Assembly: GCA_002633005.1 (NCBI GenBank)
Contig: NMRA01000029.1
Span: 774,861-838,860 of the forward strand
Direction: 5' to 3'
DNA length: 64,000 nucleotides
From: Phoronis australis
Taxonomy: Eukaryota > Animalia > Phoronida
Part shown: piece after piece, positions 1 to 13,462 of the stretch
Layout: each line of letters starts with the position of its first letter
Numbering within the stretch: the first letter of the stretch is position 1
Notes under the pieces: generated by a model
What the model saw: the letters and a program-made list of their open reading frames with translations, nothing else
What the model was told of the DNA's origin: nothing
The model's database searches: none
Position numbers and translations under genes: made by a program

Positions 1-793
1 CTGTTGCCTGTGATATTCATAATGTAAATACTTTGATTATGATTGTAATAGCCATTCCGCATACTAGATTATGTTTGCTTGATTATGTCTGTAAAAGTAT
101 AACAGTTATTCAGCTGACACACCTCTTCAATTTTAAGAAGGTATAATTTGTGAAACAATCATATTCCTTGTATGTCTTGCTCGGACATGTATACTCTACA
201 ACCCAGAAATAAGCTATTGTTTAAAATATATAACAACTGAAAGTAAAATGTCAACCAAGTTAACTATGTACACATTTCAGTGAATGCTGGAACAAGTGAG
301 TGTTCGTTTCTACATGTGGAACTAGGCTACCTGTTGTCACACAGTAAACAATTACCCAGACATACGACCAAAAAGGGTATTTGGTCCTGGTCTGTACCCT
401 GACTCATTCTGAGACCGGCACTCACTGCTCAAACAAAAACATAAGGCCTACCTGCATTCATTTTAGTGAAGATCTCAGTTATAAAAGCCCCACCATGGCA
501 CCCACGAAACATTTGACATGCCAAGGCTTACCACGTTTGGTATAATTACCAAAAACAAAAACAGTACCAACTACGATTTTTAGCCTAATGTCCTGCAGTT
601 TCTACATTGGTACATATCGATGCATACATTTTGTATTACGCAATAAAGAGATATCACATTAAAACACATAACTTGCAAAATGGGTTTGCTTCATGCAGCA
701 TCAACCATGAGAAACCACTTTTACTCTCGTTTTCTGTTCCACAGTGGAACACTGCATTTTTTTCATGTTCCTAACTACACATAATGAAACCAT

Positions 794-885
794 GGACACA
801 CTGCCTCCTCATGGACAGAATGAAGTTCACCGATAACAGGGACACACTGCCTCCTCATGGACAGAATGAAGTTCACCGATAACAG
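794..885. repeat. Perfect 46-bp tandem duplication in the last SUCLG2 intron
   Basis: ggacacactgcctcctcatggacagaatgaagttcaccgataacag at 794-839 and 840-885. Confidence 0.9.
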
Positions 886-981
886 GCACCTCAGCTATTT
901 ATACTGTTTCATTACATCTTGCCCTCGTGGTGGCAACTTCATCTCTTTATCGATTACCGTTAGTGGAAAGATGGTACTCAC

Positions 982-3900
982 CTTCTAATCTCACCACCAG
1001 GGGGATCTGTAGCTGTATGTTTTTACCCGCTTTTGTGATACCACTGGCTATAGTGGCACAATCAACGATGCCACCAAAGATGTTAACTAATATAGCTTCA
1101 ACCTGTGGATAGAAATGGCAACAAATAGATGTTCATGAAGATGTCCGCATACGACAGGTGAGCAACAGTCTCAACTGCGAGGGAGACACAATGTGGCACC
1201 GGTGGTCTCCAACATCTTCTTGTCACATGACCATAACACAAGAACGGCAAGATCAAGCCCGTCTTAGCAAGATATAACCACACATTACAAGTGAAGCATG
1301 TGACCACAATAGATTTTCTCATGAGTGTCCCGAGTCATTCAAACACAGGCCAGGTCGCGTGATAATCACCTAAATACAGCCAACATTTTCATCCTTGTCA
1401 AGGATGGCGAGGTCATATTGGAAAGCTTTGAGCTGAAATGGACGGGGTAGCACATGGTACATCAGACAATTTGGTGTGTCACAAACACTTGCTGACCAAA
1501 ATTTATCGAAAGAATCGTTTGCAGGCCCAACAGAAATGGCTCATACAAAATCATTGGGTCGGCTGTAGCTTGTTGACTCCTGATTGGCTCCTACTTGCAG
1601 ACCAAGCCTACATGTAAATAAACAACCTCTACCTATTTTGCTACTGACACACCAGCTGGCTGAACGGCCAACTCTTCCTTGGTGTCCACACCCACCTGTT
1701 TATCGGAGGTGAGGATCTGGAATGCCTTCTCAACCATCTCCTCGGTAACTCCGCCCCCACAGTCCAGGAAGTTGGCCGGTGTCCCCCCGTGAAGTTGAAC
1801 TATGTCCATAGTAGCCATGGCTAGGCCGGCTCCATTGACTGAAATCACGAGTTCCAAGTTTAGTTGGTGGCTAGCAGCTATCACCACAAATAACAGTTCG
1901 ATTCGTAACATTTTATTATGAAATCCTAGTTCTTCTCAAGCATAGAAATCCTTACTCGTCTAAGCATGGAACAAGATGAGACTGGTTTCATAACGGTAAG
2001 TGGTCTAAAGCAAAGGATGGTTGTATACAGCATGGGTTTATTACCCCATCAAGGTTATACTCCCTCTTACTACCTAAAGCTCATATCATAAACGAGGCGA
2101 TGCAGCCAGACAAATAGTAATGGTCACTTACAGGGGTTCCGAAATTTGAGAACCAGTTCCTGCACAGAATAACATCAAACTGGTTATCAAAATCAAAATC
2201 TGAGTGACTATTGTCCCTAAACTGACCATTCAATGCACTGACAAGTAAAGAAGTGGTGAGAAGCCATCATTGTCAACAGGGTTGGTTGACATTTAAAAGA
2301 TTGGGTCACTTCGTGACTATCAGTGAATATAGTGCAATCCTTTTTGATAAGGGAAATCACTCCATAATAGGGCATGGAAAATTCGCTAAGTTTGTTCTGA
2401 GTTAAATCAGCCTAATTCATAATTTCTGTGTTAAGGCCATGGAAAGAATTTTGACAAATCATTAAACACAAGCCATCTTTAGTCTGACCAGTATCTACCA
2501 TATTAAATAAAGTTTTGATCATTAATGAGAATGTCAGCGCAACGCCAAAAAAACATTACGCTTTGTAACAAATCAAAACCTTGCAATGGTTACTGATGTC
2601 AAGTACTCACCCATGCACCCAATGTTGCCGTCCATGCCAATGTAGTTGAGATTTGCCTTGGAGGCCTCGACCTCACGAGGGTCTGTCTCTGACATGTCGT
2701 CCATGGCAAAGATCTCCTTTTGTCGATACTCAGCATTGTCATCAAAATTGATCTTGGCGTCGAAGCACACAACTACGCAAAAATGAATAGTAACAATACT
2801 TGATTGTGGTGATTCAGTAGCAGCAGCAGCAACAGCACCACCAGCACTTGCCAAAATAGCAGCAGTAGCAGTAGCAGTAGCAGGTATAATATTGTCTGAC
2901 GAAAGCAGTGTTTTATGAAAGCACCACTGTCAGACTGATGAGTGCCTAGCTCACCAGCATTCATCATTCCCACGACATGCACCTGTACGCAGGTGTAGAC
3001 TTGTTAAAATACACCTGGAGCTTTGGAGCACATTATCTTAAAACTCAATCTCTTAAGAACTCAACAATGCAAAATCACATTGACAAGCTCTAATGTATGG
3101 GGGGTACAAGAGTCTGCCAGAACGAATGGGCAACAACTTTTCTTGAGAATATTGTGAACACAGGCTAATTAGGCTAATGGATGCGTATGTGGCCTTCTAA
3201 ACCTCAAGTGCCATTCTACAATGACTTGAAAACTAATGCGTTAATAGATGGTGTGTCCAAGTGGCCGTAGAAAATGACCCACGTGATCAAAAAGACTACC
3301 AGATATACTTCACACAAGACAAACTCATATTTTGGGAGCTGTTCCAAGAGAATTGACTTAGCTTAAGACGAATTTTTAGTTTCAATCAATTTATCTCAAG
3401 TTCGTTTCCAGAAAAAAATCTTAAATTTGACTTCAGTTCTTAACTTCAATGTTGTCTTAATTTTGGTTACGTTACCGGATGTGGTAGTTTCATAATTGAA
3501 GTTGAGACAAATCTTAGGCTTAAGTCAAAAAATGAACTTAAGTCAGTTTCTTGGAACAGGCCCCTGGATCCTCAGATACATTGTATCATTTACCTACAAA
3601 AGTCAAAACAAATTGTATACATACCTCTACCATCAGGTGTTTCTCCAAATGGATTGATCTCGACTTGAACAGCATCTACCTTGTTGAACATCTCGTACAA
3701 CCTCTGGATCTGACGGACAGCCTGTGTATGGCACAGCAACAGCGCGATTAACTCATTCAAATTGTAACACAAAAAATCGGTTTGTGATTTTCGAGACAAA
3801 CAAAAGTAGCAATTTACAGTGTACAAACGATTCAAAGGTAAAACCCGTAATATCCTAGCTGGCTTCTAAACTCATCAACCAAACACTGTGAACATTGGAA

Positions 3901-6900
3901 CACGAAATTAAATGTTCAAAGCTATGGCAGTAATCCTTTGACACTTAAGTCATTGCCATTTAAACAGCTGTCTACACAAATTCTCCAATCAGCAGCAAAC
4001 AAAAGGGAGGGATTTCCCACAATGCAACATTTTAAGTGTATGCAAGAGGAACTGTAAAAATGTCGATAGATCAAGTATTGCTCCCAGACCAATTGAAACC
4101 GAGTCAATTGTGCAAAGAATTTATAAATAGAACTGCAGTGTTATTTATTCATGCGGTTGGATAAACATCAAGAATGCAGAAGGACATGACAGCGTCTCTC
4201 ACCGCAAGGACACCTACCTCATCCAACTGGTCACCCTTGAACTCCAGGAATTCGGCCATTTTCTTACACTGCTCCTCCGTGACACCTGTCTCACAATTGA
4301 TCACCTCCTGCGGTGACATCATTAAATGTTAACTTTATACACACCACATGTGACCCGCATTTAAAACAACGACCACAAGAGTAGACACAAAGACGAAGAC
4401 CAGCACAAGATCCTCACACTCCCTGCAAACTTCTACCTGATCTGTTTTGACACAGTCCACAACTTTGTTCATAACTACGTGTCCTAGATCTGAATTTGAT
4501 CATGACGTATAATGACCAGTAATGACCCGTGAATTCCACTTGCACTGAGCTGCCATGAAGGAAAACTTGTACAAACCTTCCCAATTTTTTAGAGGAGCAA
4601 TATAAACACCAGTGGCCACATGCTAACAATAAAACGTTTAATGTCAAAACATTAAAAAAATACTTTTACGGCCCAAATCATGCCCGATAACCAGCCTTGA
4701 AATGGTCAATGTGAACCTTTCCCCGACAAAAATGGGGAGGACTAAATAAAAAAAAAAAAACGTTACCACCATCAGTAGCATGCGTCCGCGTCCTTTTAGC
4801 TCGCTCGTCCACTCCCAACCCACACATTTTTGGCTGCAGAGCGGTAGTATTTGTCGCCGCACTTAACAATAACACGAGACGCCATTGAAAATCCCACCAC
4901 GCTGTCCCAGATGCCCCGGCAATGTTGACAATTTACGTTCCTCCGAACACAAAGAGCAACTTCCGCTTTTCGAGGTGAACGTCGTCTGCAACGCCGCGGT
5001 AAAAAAGGAATTTGCCGCGGAAATTTTATATCAAATCCGATTTTTTTACGCGGAAATATTATAAAAAATGCGGAAAGCACATTTGAAAAAAGCGGAAATC
5101 CGCGTTTCCGCGGAAAATTCCAAGCCCTGTTTTAAACCCCATTTGTATACCCATAATGGTTAAATACATTTAACTACGAAATGGAAATTATAAAACACTG
5201 AACATGCAACAACAAAAAAAAAACTCTTTCATCAGTTCATTTCACACTGAATAAAGTGTCCTTTAGATGTAGTTAATGGTGTTGACGTTTTATACAATGC
5301 AATGACTGTTGTTGTCAGTTCACTGTGTTGTGATGCATGTAGGTGTCTGTGGTGGCGTTTTACTCTAACAGTTGTGTACATGCCATCATCTCTAGGTGCA
5401 AGTGGACCAGATAACCAAGTAACTATCACTAGACTGCGGAATTGTGATCTCTCTTTTGCCTTGGTGCGTTCCCAAGTGCCTGCCTTATGCCAAGCAATGA
5501 CACGCTTCTCTGCAGCGTTCTCTGCATTTTCAGAGGATGGGATTTATATCTGACAGTGTGTGAACTCACCAGGGTGTATTCACACAAACATTTTACATAA
5601 ACGACACACTCAGAGAAACTACTGACCGTGTAAATCTTGTCGGGGAACTTTTCCGCCACTTCCTCAATGTCCATGCCACCCTCAGGACTCCCCACCATGA
5701 CCACGCCCCCTGCGTCACGGTCCATCAGTATGGCCAGGTAGGTCTCACGCGCGATGTCCAGAGCTTCGGCAATCATCAACTGGAAGCAACAACACGACAC
5801 GCTCATCAAATTTTCCAGCAATGACAAGTTTCAACACATTATTTAAAATTGAATTTCACTAATACAAGGACCCAGGGCCACACGGGGGCTGAAGTCATGA
5901 CCAGGGAAGAAGGAGTGCAGTACACACAAAACACCATCTCAACATGTTATGGCCAGTCACAACTGTTCACTGCAGCTACTCTCATGAGGAATTCCACTGG
6001 CATTAAGCCATTATGACGGGAAATTTTTTCTTACACACAGCTGTCATGATAAGAAATTAATCAATCGCAAGCTCTGTCCCTTGCACAATGTTTACAAACA
6101 AACAATAAGTTTTACCACGCAACCTGTTGTTTGTCAGGTAAAATGGCGGCTTGGAAACAAAGGTTTCACGCATGCTGCGTTCTTATTGGTCAGTTAAGCT
6201 ATAACTCAAAATCCTGGTGATAGGTCAATTCCTCTAATGCTCAACTGTCACTATGAGAAATTCTGGTTACTTGTCTGATTATTTTCGGTGTGCACTGTAT
6301 CATCAGTACAGAGTACAGAACAGCTTGACTAGCTCCACCTAGTGTCAGTGGTTTCACTAATGTAGGCGATACCTGACAGAAATTGCCACATGTAGCAAAG
6401 TAAGTTCGTGAGTGGGTGCTCACTAGGAAATGGTGATAAAGGAAGATCACTCATTTTAACATGTGCGTAGATCATTGAGAGTAGAAAGCAGTTCAACACC
6501 ATGAAGGCTTTCGTGGGATAAAACGCACTCATTTTTACGAGTTTGCCCCTTGCTACACAAGCACATCTCAGTAAATTTCGAGTTCTGTAGCATCGTGGTC
6601 AAACACAAAGAACTTCATAATCATGCACTTCCACCAAATGAACTTATACAGTGGTCAACAAGAAGTTTCACATATAGGATATGCACAAATCCTTAAAACT
6701 CTTCACGACAAAAATGGGTAAATATTTTGGAACAAGAGAACTGGCTTCTGATTTACCGCCGATAGCGACGCCTTAATTCAACTAAAGTCTCTTCTTTTGT
6801 GTTGGTAGAAAAAATATTGTAACACTGACTTAGTTTCTAAAAGATTACAAACACATTTTTGAGTAAAGTACAAGTAAAGAATGATATATTGCACCACACT

Positions 6901-9900
6901 CGGGTTGTCAGACTTTTCATGTCAGTATTGGTGCTGACCGTGCAGCAGTAAAAATTTATTGGCATGAGAACAAGAACTTAGGTGTACAATAGTCATGGGC
7001 ACGACAGCCGTTAAATCAAGTGGCCTATGGATGCACAGCATTGTGGGTAAATAACACAGAATGAGAGCAGTGTTGTATTCTGGGATGTGCCCATCGCCCA
7101 CCGAATTCCGTTACCTTTTGAACAAGAACACCCTCTGCTGGAGTTTGCTTGGTGACCAACTTGTGTCCGATCATCTTCTCTGCCATTGGTCCAACTTCCG
7201 CTGGACTGAAAAAAAGTCAAATAAACCCGAGTTCACAAAACAGATGAATCCAGCAGCTGGTTATTGATCTGGCATAAAAACTTAACTGGCGTTACAACCA
7301 ACAGTGTAAATGTTTAGACATAAAATCACAGCACTAATAAGCTAAATAACACAAGAATAACAAGCTCATGTCCCATGATCAAACCAAACACTAATTTGCA
7401 TAATAAGCTTTCACATAATTTTACATAGTACAGTGTTTCCCCTAGGTTTTGAAAGGAGCGTGGTGGTGAATGGCCAAAACGGGGTGCAAACCCCGTTGCC
7501 GCACGCGAACAAGTGGGATGAGAAGTGGGATCCCCTTATGGCCTGGGTTTCGAAAGGAGCGTGGTGGTGAATACTCGACGCGGATGCGGAACCCGGCGCC
7601 ACATGCGAGCATGGGATGAAGTGAGATCTTCCCATCGGGTGGGGGAGGGGGGGTGGGGGATATGGGGTTGGGAGTCCTTCCCCGGGCAAAATTTAAAAAT
7701 CAGATGTAATTGGGTGCAGTTTGCTCATCATAGACAAGACCTTAACCAGAGCATCATGTAGAGGAAGTATTTGGGTAAAAGAAACTTCGCAAGACAATAA
7801 TAGCGTAGTGTGATCTTTGTCGCACTTGAGTACAAAAAACAGTGTTAAATTCAATTATCCACCAAGTGACAAACATAGAAAAAAATTATTTGAACTTTGT
7901 ACACATAATGAACTAATTTGTGTAACTAAACTTCCGTTGATAACGTCTTGCTAAACATAAATCAGTGATAGTGGATTGGCGTTGGCCGGCGTAGCAGATG
8001 ATGTATAATTCAGTCCATGCAGATGAATCGGAGACTGGTTAACATTCAATATCGTCATTTTGGCACAGGGCTATGGTTGATTAAACAGATGGATGTCACG
8101 CCCTGCAGTATAATTCACAATGTCTTTTGTAAACTCACACACAATAAAATTAATGAAGCAGAAATCTTACTGTTTCTTACTTCATTAGCGAGCCCTGGCG
8201 ATTTCCCATTTTAGAAAATTCGTACTGAGGTTGTTGTCTTGTCCCCGGAAGTATTAAGTTTAAACGCATTGTCGGATAACCAAGCAGAAACGAGGTACGA
8301 AAGGAGATTGGGGATTGAATGACTGTGTTTAACAGTGGCACAATTCAAGATCCCACTGTAAAATTATTACTTTTCCCTTTCGATCCATAAACGACGAAAG
8401 GTGCCGTGTGACTTGTGCTTATTCATTAATACTAGCGATCATTTTTACTAGCGATCATTTTTACTTGCGATTCATTTTACTAGCGATCCTTTTACTAGTG
8501 ATCATTTTACTAGCAATCATTTTACTGGCGATCACTTTAACTGGCGATAATTTTTACTGGCAATCATTTTTACTAGTGATTGTTGCGTGGCGGTGAAGTT
8601 TCCCCGTCACGAATATGGCGATCAATTTGAGTATGGTTTACGAGTGGCGGGGCTAAAAAGGAGCTTGGCGGGCCGCCCAGAAGTTTACAGGCAGGGGAAA
8701 CCCTGTAGTATGCGAAATGAGCTTCTTCAGACATGACCTCAGTTGGATAGCTCTAATTTAATTAAATGTAAATACAACTTGCAGCTTATGAGGAGACCAG
8801 TCCTGATTCACATGGTACTTTCTAGTCTACAAGAAACACAATTATTTCAGAAAACACCTGGAAAAGAACAGTCACGCTGTGAATGTAATTTACAACCACG
8901 TATCTAACTGAAGTACAATCAACAGTCTCTCGTGATCAACTTTGGAGTTGGAGCCTACTTACTCATAAGACAGCTGAACGCCACCCTTAAACCCATTATC
9001 GAAGGTGCCCTTGCCGCGACCTCCAGCCAGTACTTGAGCCTTAATCACAAGGTACTCGGCAAACTCCACTAGAATGGAACATACACTTACACGACGGTGA
9101 TATTTGTCAGGAATCTAACTTCAAATTAAGACACTTAGATCTACACAATCTCACGAGTGGAGACATACTGAAGTCAAAGATCATGTTATGTAAATTACTT
9201 CAACAATAATCACTTACAGGGGTTCAACATTTAGAGAACCAGTTTTCTCCACTGAACAAACTGGCTCTCAAAATGTGCAACTCTGTAAGTGACTATTGCC
9301 ATATTTTCAATCAAATCTTAGATAACAAATATTCACACAGTGACTTTTCATCGAGAAATGTTGAGTCTTGGCTAAAAAGTTTCATGAAGCCTTGAATTGC
9401 TATTAAATGCAAATGAAACGCTGGGTACAGCAAATTCACAAATATTTTACAATAACCAAAAGGTTGTCTCACAAGGGCCTGTTCAAAGAAACTGATTTAA
9501 GTCCATTTTTGACTTAAGTCTAAACTTAAGTCAAAAACTTAAGTCGAACATAAGATTTCTTTTTTGAAATGATCTTGAGACAGATCTAAGTCTTATCTTA
9601 AAATTGACTGAAAGTTAAGATCTGTCTTAGCTAAGTCAGTTTTCTTGGAACGGGCCCATATCTTTACATGGCCACGATCTTCAACTTTACTGGCAATTCT
9701 AGTAGTGCTTAAACAGACTTTATTTAAATCTAAGAAAAATAGTTTGAATTTACTGCATCAAGTCAGTTACCACATGCTCCACAAATCCCTTCACACTAGG
9801 AGACAGTGTGAAATGAATCTTTCTACGGTTGCTTTTACACCTAACTGTGGACAAACAAAATGCCTACTTTGAAATTCATCTGTCAACTTCACTTATGAAA

Positions 9901-12692
9901 ACATTCTTTCCACAACCCACTATTCTAGGGTTGCTCTGAGAAAACCATAAAATGTAAAAGGCCTTGTCATTTGCATGGCCACAGCACTTCACTTACTGAC
10001 TTCTTTGGCAGCAATGTCTGCTTCCTGAGCATTGGAGGCCATGCGGAACCGCTGGACATTGACTCCACTGTCAGCCATCAGCTGCTTGCTCTGATACTCC
10101 TGTAGGTTGAGCCATCGCACTGCTTGATTGGAGGCAGCCAGCTAGAAATGACCAATCAGAGGTTTTGAACAACAAATGCCCTTAAAATATTCTTGAAATT
10201 TCTACAAATTTAAATTACTTTTTATAAAGTTGACACAAAATTAGTTCTCTGTATAAGTTCCTGTGAAAATTTTGTACCGCCCATAGGCTACAGAATTGTT
10301 TATTTTCATAATAAAACACCCTTTGGCTAACCTGTGTAATAATGCACTGAAACCACAGCCAACTTCACATGCTGGCTTCAACATTAGTGGCAGCTCTATC
10401 CCTAGACGATGAAGATGGCACCACACTGCCGAAGTTGGACCCAGAGAACAGGGATAGTGCCGCTGAGGGATAATTCCAGGACAGAGGATACTGTAGTGTA
10501 GACAGGTCTCCCATCTGTGCTGCCACCTCTAGGCTTGGCTGGCAAACAGGTGACCTCCCCATAACACGCTGCACATTTTACTTTGACCTCAAGCACATTG
10601 AGTGTAATGGCATTCGGTCTTCAATTTCGTTGATGGAACGAAGGACAAGTGGGAAAAAATGTCAACTGTGGGAGTACTGTTTCAAATTGTAAGGGTTTAA
10701 GGATTCCAGTTGCCTCTAAAGGCGGCCATCTACACTCATACAGATAGATATAATAATGTAACTTTGTTTAGCCAAGGTTAAGCATAATTTGCAGAAAATC
10801 TTTCGATGTGCAGAGTAGATTAGGATTTGCTGCCGTCTGTCAAGTTGCTGGGGACAGTTTTCAGGATGCTAAGAGTGTTGCTAAGACCTGTAGCCAAGTG
10901 GCACCCCTGTTCCACAGAAGGGGAATAAGTGATGTACTACCTGACTTCTGGGTGTGATGTACAATTGAAGAAAGCCTGTTCAAACCACTTCCCATTGGCA
11001 AGACTCTCGGTTTGGATGCTTGGCTCACACACCCGAGAATCTTAGTCCTGGTGTTGTCGTGATCATTAACAGGGACCTAGCAACACTGGCAGTCTCATTG
11101 GAAGACTTTTCAACACAAAGATAGCTGGCTGGCCAAGTTAACTGGCATGCTAGGTAAGTGCTACGAACAAGAGCAAGTAGCACAGATAATCAGATCTGTG
11201 TCTGGCACACATCTCACATCATTCGTCCTTATCCTTGTCCAGTGCTGTCCTGTGATTTCCCGGATGGCACCACTATAAGTACATCGCCAAGCTCGGGACT
11301 TGGGCCTGTCAAATATGGACCTTGGTAGAAGCTGGTAGTGGTAGTTTAGGGCTTCCAGCTGATTGCAAATTTGCAAGTACTCTCTTATAAGTCTTGTCTG
11401 TGAGGTGTAACTAGTGAACCTGAGTAGTAATACAACATTTAGTTGCAGGCCTTTATCCAGTGTACATCCTAACACTAATCTGGATGCCCTGGCAAGGAAG
11501 CCCAATGTATCATTTGGATGCCCAATGTCAATCAGAATTTCTCCAGTTTGGACATCCACATTATAAGAGCACAAGGACTCCCAGTTAATGAAGTTAGGTG
11601 ATAGTTCAAGAGAAAAGTGTTGGCCCTTTCAACTCAAAAGAAATATACAATGTACATAAAATGTTACATAATGTTCTAACTAAATTGAGATGGCATGTCA
11701 ATCATTAGTAGTGTCTTCCACTGCAGTCTGCTTTTTGAGGTCTGTCTCAAATTAAAAATTCAGTACTTGTAATATAGGGGCATACACCTTGGTCAACTCC
11801 AAACTGGTTTGTCAGAGCTGTAGTTTCATGTTTTACATCTTTTTATAAAAACATCAAAAGTGAAATAAATGTCATTAGTTTAATAAAATATTGTGCCACA
11901 AGAATATACCTATTTAAAATTTTTGAGTTTGCGCCCGTTTCATGCTTTTCAATGTTTTAATATGGAGAAGCAGGGACACCAGCAATTTGACTGAGATAAC
12001 GTAAAACATAGCACACTCATAATTCAACCAATATCTGTAACATTTGTTTGGTAAGCTACTAGGCTGTTTTCGTAAACTTAGACGTAGAAGTTTTGGTCCA
12101 CGCACTGTTTTTTAGTAAAAAAGTTACTACTGGGGAGCTGTTTTTCTAAACTTAGATGTAAAAGCCTTGGTATACATTTTTTTATAAAAACCTCACTGTG
12201 GTGTATTGGGGGGGATTACTGGTGAATGGTGGTGGGGGTAACGCGCCGTTGGAATCCTGGACGCCCTGGAAGTGGAATATTAGCTAATAATTAGGAACCC
12301 CATTTTGGACACCCTATTTTCAAAATCCTGGATAAAGTCCTCTTTGTTGGTTGCAAAGGTTGTATCGCTTGTGCTTTTGTTTTTTATCGAACTGTACTTT
12401 ACACTATAGGCCTACTAGTCTACTCTTCATGCCCTTCAATCAGTTCTGAACTGAACTTCTGACGTTCTGTGTACTGTGTAGTAAAAGTTTTGGTAAAACT
12501 GTAAACGTTTGTGAACTGGAAAATTTTTATGTTTTATAAATGAGACGAAATAAGGCCAAAATAACACACAGGGCATTATAATAGAAATTATGTAGTTAAC
12601 TGCACTGAGAATGGTGCATGTCGTCACCAAATTACCTGCTTTTTCATAAAGTGAAGCGCTGGGGCACGTAAACTTCTACAGAGCGCGGCCAT
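982..12692 (-). CDS. SUCLG2: Succinate--CoA ligase [GDP-forming] beta subunit, mitochondrial; 10 exons here, final exon runs off the left edge
   Basis: Exons (minus): 12636-12692 [19 protein letters not shown] (targeting-peptide-like), 9997-10141 ([19 protein letters not shown]2-type), 8963-9068 ([14 protein letters not shown]), 7115-7205 ([11 protein letters not shown]), 5627-5779 ([24 protein letters not shown]), 4218-4307, 3625-3721 (EINPFGET), 2611-2772 ([21 protein letters not shown]), 1696-1838 ([22 protein letters not shown]), 982-1102 ([17 protein letters not shown]). All GT-AG with consistent phases; 1165 nt. A possible last acceptor lies at positions 8-9. Confidence 0.96.
2119..2212. 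repeat. ~90-bp palindromic mini-MITE family copy
   Basis: aatggtcacttacagggg..gagaaccagtt..aactggttatcaaaat..gtgactatt. Related copies at 9204-9298, 21127-21213 and about 44855-44935. Confidence 0.65.
2815..2883. repeat. Imperfect (CAG/TAG)n microsatellite
   Basis: cagtagcagcagcagcaacagcaccaccagc..agcagcagtagcagtagcagtagcag, just upstream of the SUCLG2 exon 8 acceptor. Confidence 0.7.
3334..3564. mobile_element. MITE with GGGCCTGTTCCAAGAAACTGACTTAAG-type terminal inverted repeats, copy 1
   Basis: Left end gggagctgttccaagagaattgacttag is inverted to right end ttaagtcagtttcttggaacaggcccc; same family as 9475-9657. No clear TSD. Confidence 0.7.
4900..5129. mobile_element. One end of a hAT-like non-autonomous element
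   Basis: CpG-rich tract with repeated (c)gcggaaa subterminal motifs ending gcggaaaattccaagccctg (CAGGGCTTG terminus on the minus strand). Partner end not found; left boundary approximate. Confidence 0.5.
7431..8705. mobile_element. Non-autonomous TIR DNA transposon with 5-bp TSD
   Basis: Ends cagtgtttcccct / aggggaaaccctg. tagta flanks both sides (7426-7430, 8706-8710). Contains an internal 27-bp duplication (7445, 7546) and a minisatellite. Confidence 0.75.
8430..8580. repeat. 15-16-bp minisatellite, ~10 copies, inside the 7431-8705 element
   Basis: Unit ~tactagcgatcattt(t). It produces the spurious LLAIILL ORF at 8408-8596. Confidence 0.85.
9204..9298. repeat. ~90-bp palindromic mini-MITE family copy
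   Basis: caataatcacttacagggg..gagaaccagttt..aaactggctctc..ctgtaagtgactattg is self-complementary. Confidence 0.7.
9475..9657. mobile_element. MITE with GGGCCTGTTC-type TIRs, copy 2
   Basis: gggcctgttcaaagaaactgatttaag ... ctaagtcagttttcttggaacgggccc; inverted relative to 3334-3564. Confidence 0.72.
11446..12342. mobile_element. Non-autonomous hAT element, copy 1 (SUCLG2 intron 1)
   Basis: Ends caggcctttatccag / ctggataaagtcctc. Colinear with 14565-15569. Degenerate TSD tttagttg / tttgttgg. Confidence 0.8.
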
Positions 12693-13345
12693 GTTGGGAA
12701 TCCAAGTCTCGTTCAACGATAACAAGCGTAATCTTAGAAAACGTACGCTAATATTCATGAGCATTATAAAATAAATCAAAATATTCTTAGTATTTGATAA
12801 AAAATATGGAATGTATCACGTAATTTTATACATCCATATTTTTATGGAAATTTATTTTTACTCGTTGATGGACTGGTGCTAGTGACAGTATCTTTTATAT
12901 TTTGTGGTTTTCATATCTCTACACCATCAAAAGTAGTTCACGCATCCTGGACATTTTTCATCCTGGCACTTCCCTCGGTTCCCGGACGAAAACATTGAAT
13001 TGGGTCAAAACTGGACAGAAAGTGGTCCCGACGGAAACTTTAGAAGGTTGTTAAACTGCTTTTAACACTTGTTATGGCTCCAGAGTGAGAAAAATGTTTC
13101 GAAACAGTCGCATATGTTTGTCACATTTTGTCAAAATGGCGGCTATTTGTATCTCGTCTCCCTTCTCGTCGGGCACATGTTTAGGCAGAAAAACTAAAAT
13201 GTTTCGTCTGCAAGCGCTGCCGGCATGAGCCTTACGCATTTGCCGTCTATGGAGGCTTCGTTTATGACACTTACTCACCTGAGGAAAAACGTTTATTCTG
13301 TCCTATTGGCCCTATGTGCTTGATAAAAAGTGTGCATTTGGTGTG
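12693..13345. promoter_or_regulatory. Probable bidirectional promoter of SUCLG2 and DMTF1, with a putative non-coding DMTF1 exon 1
   Basis: CpG-enriched patches next to the SUCLG2 ATG and at 13100-13270. YY1-type AAAATGGCGGC at about 13133. Possible donor gtgagt near 13343. Transcription starts are inferred. Confidence 0.5.
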
Positions 13346-13462
13346 AGTTCGTTGATTATGTGATTTATCTCGTAAATTGCTCAGACCAATGGATAATCCA
13401 AAGCCAAGATCAGACATAATGAGAACTAAACACAGTTGATTCAAACAATCCTTTTTGTGTAC

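Noticed and set aside
583-611. Minus-strand GT ACC AAT GTA GAA (G-T-N-V-E), resembling the start of the last SUCLG2 exon
   Set aside because: No AG acceptor precedes it and a stop follows within 10 codons. The acceptor at positions 8-9 is the better candidate.
6140-6195. AAAATGGCGGC plus CCAAT-like motifs in SUCLG2 intron 4 as an antisense promoter
   Set aside because: No downstream exon or ORF support; such motifs are common in repeat fragments.
11161-11574. 137-aa ORF and the other short intronic or antisense ORFs in the track
   Set aside because: It crosses a hAT boundary and lacks motifs. The others are antisense shadows of exons, repeat-derived, or chance ORFs with non-ATG starts.
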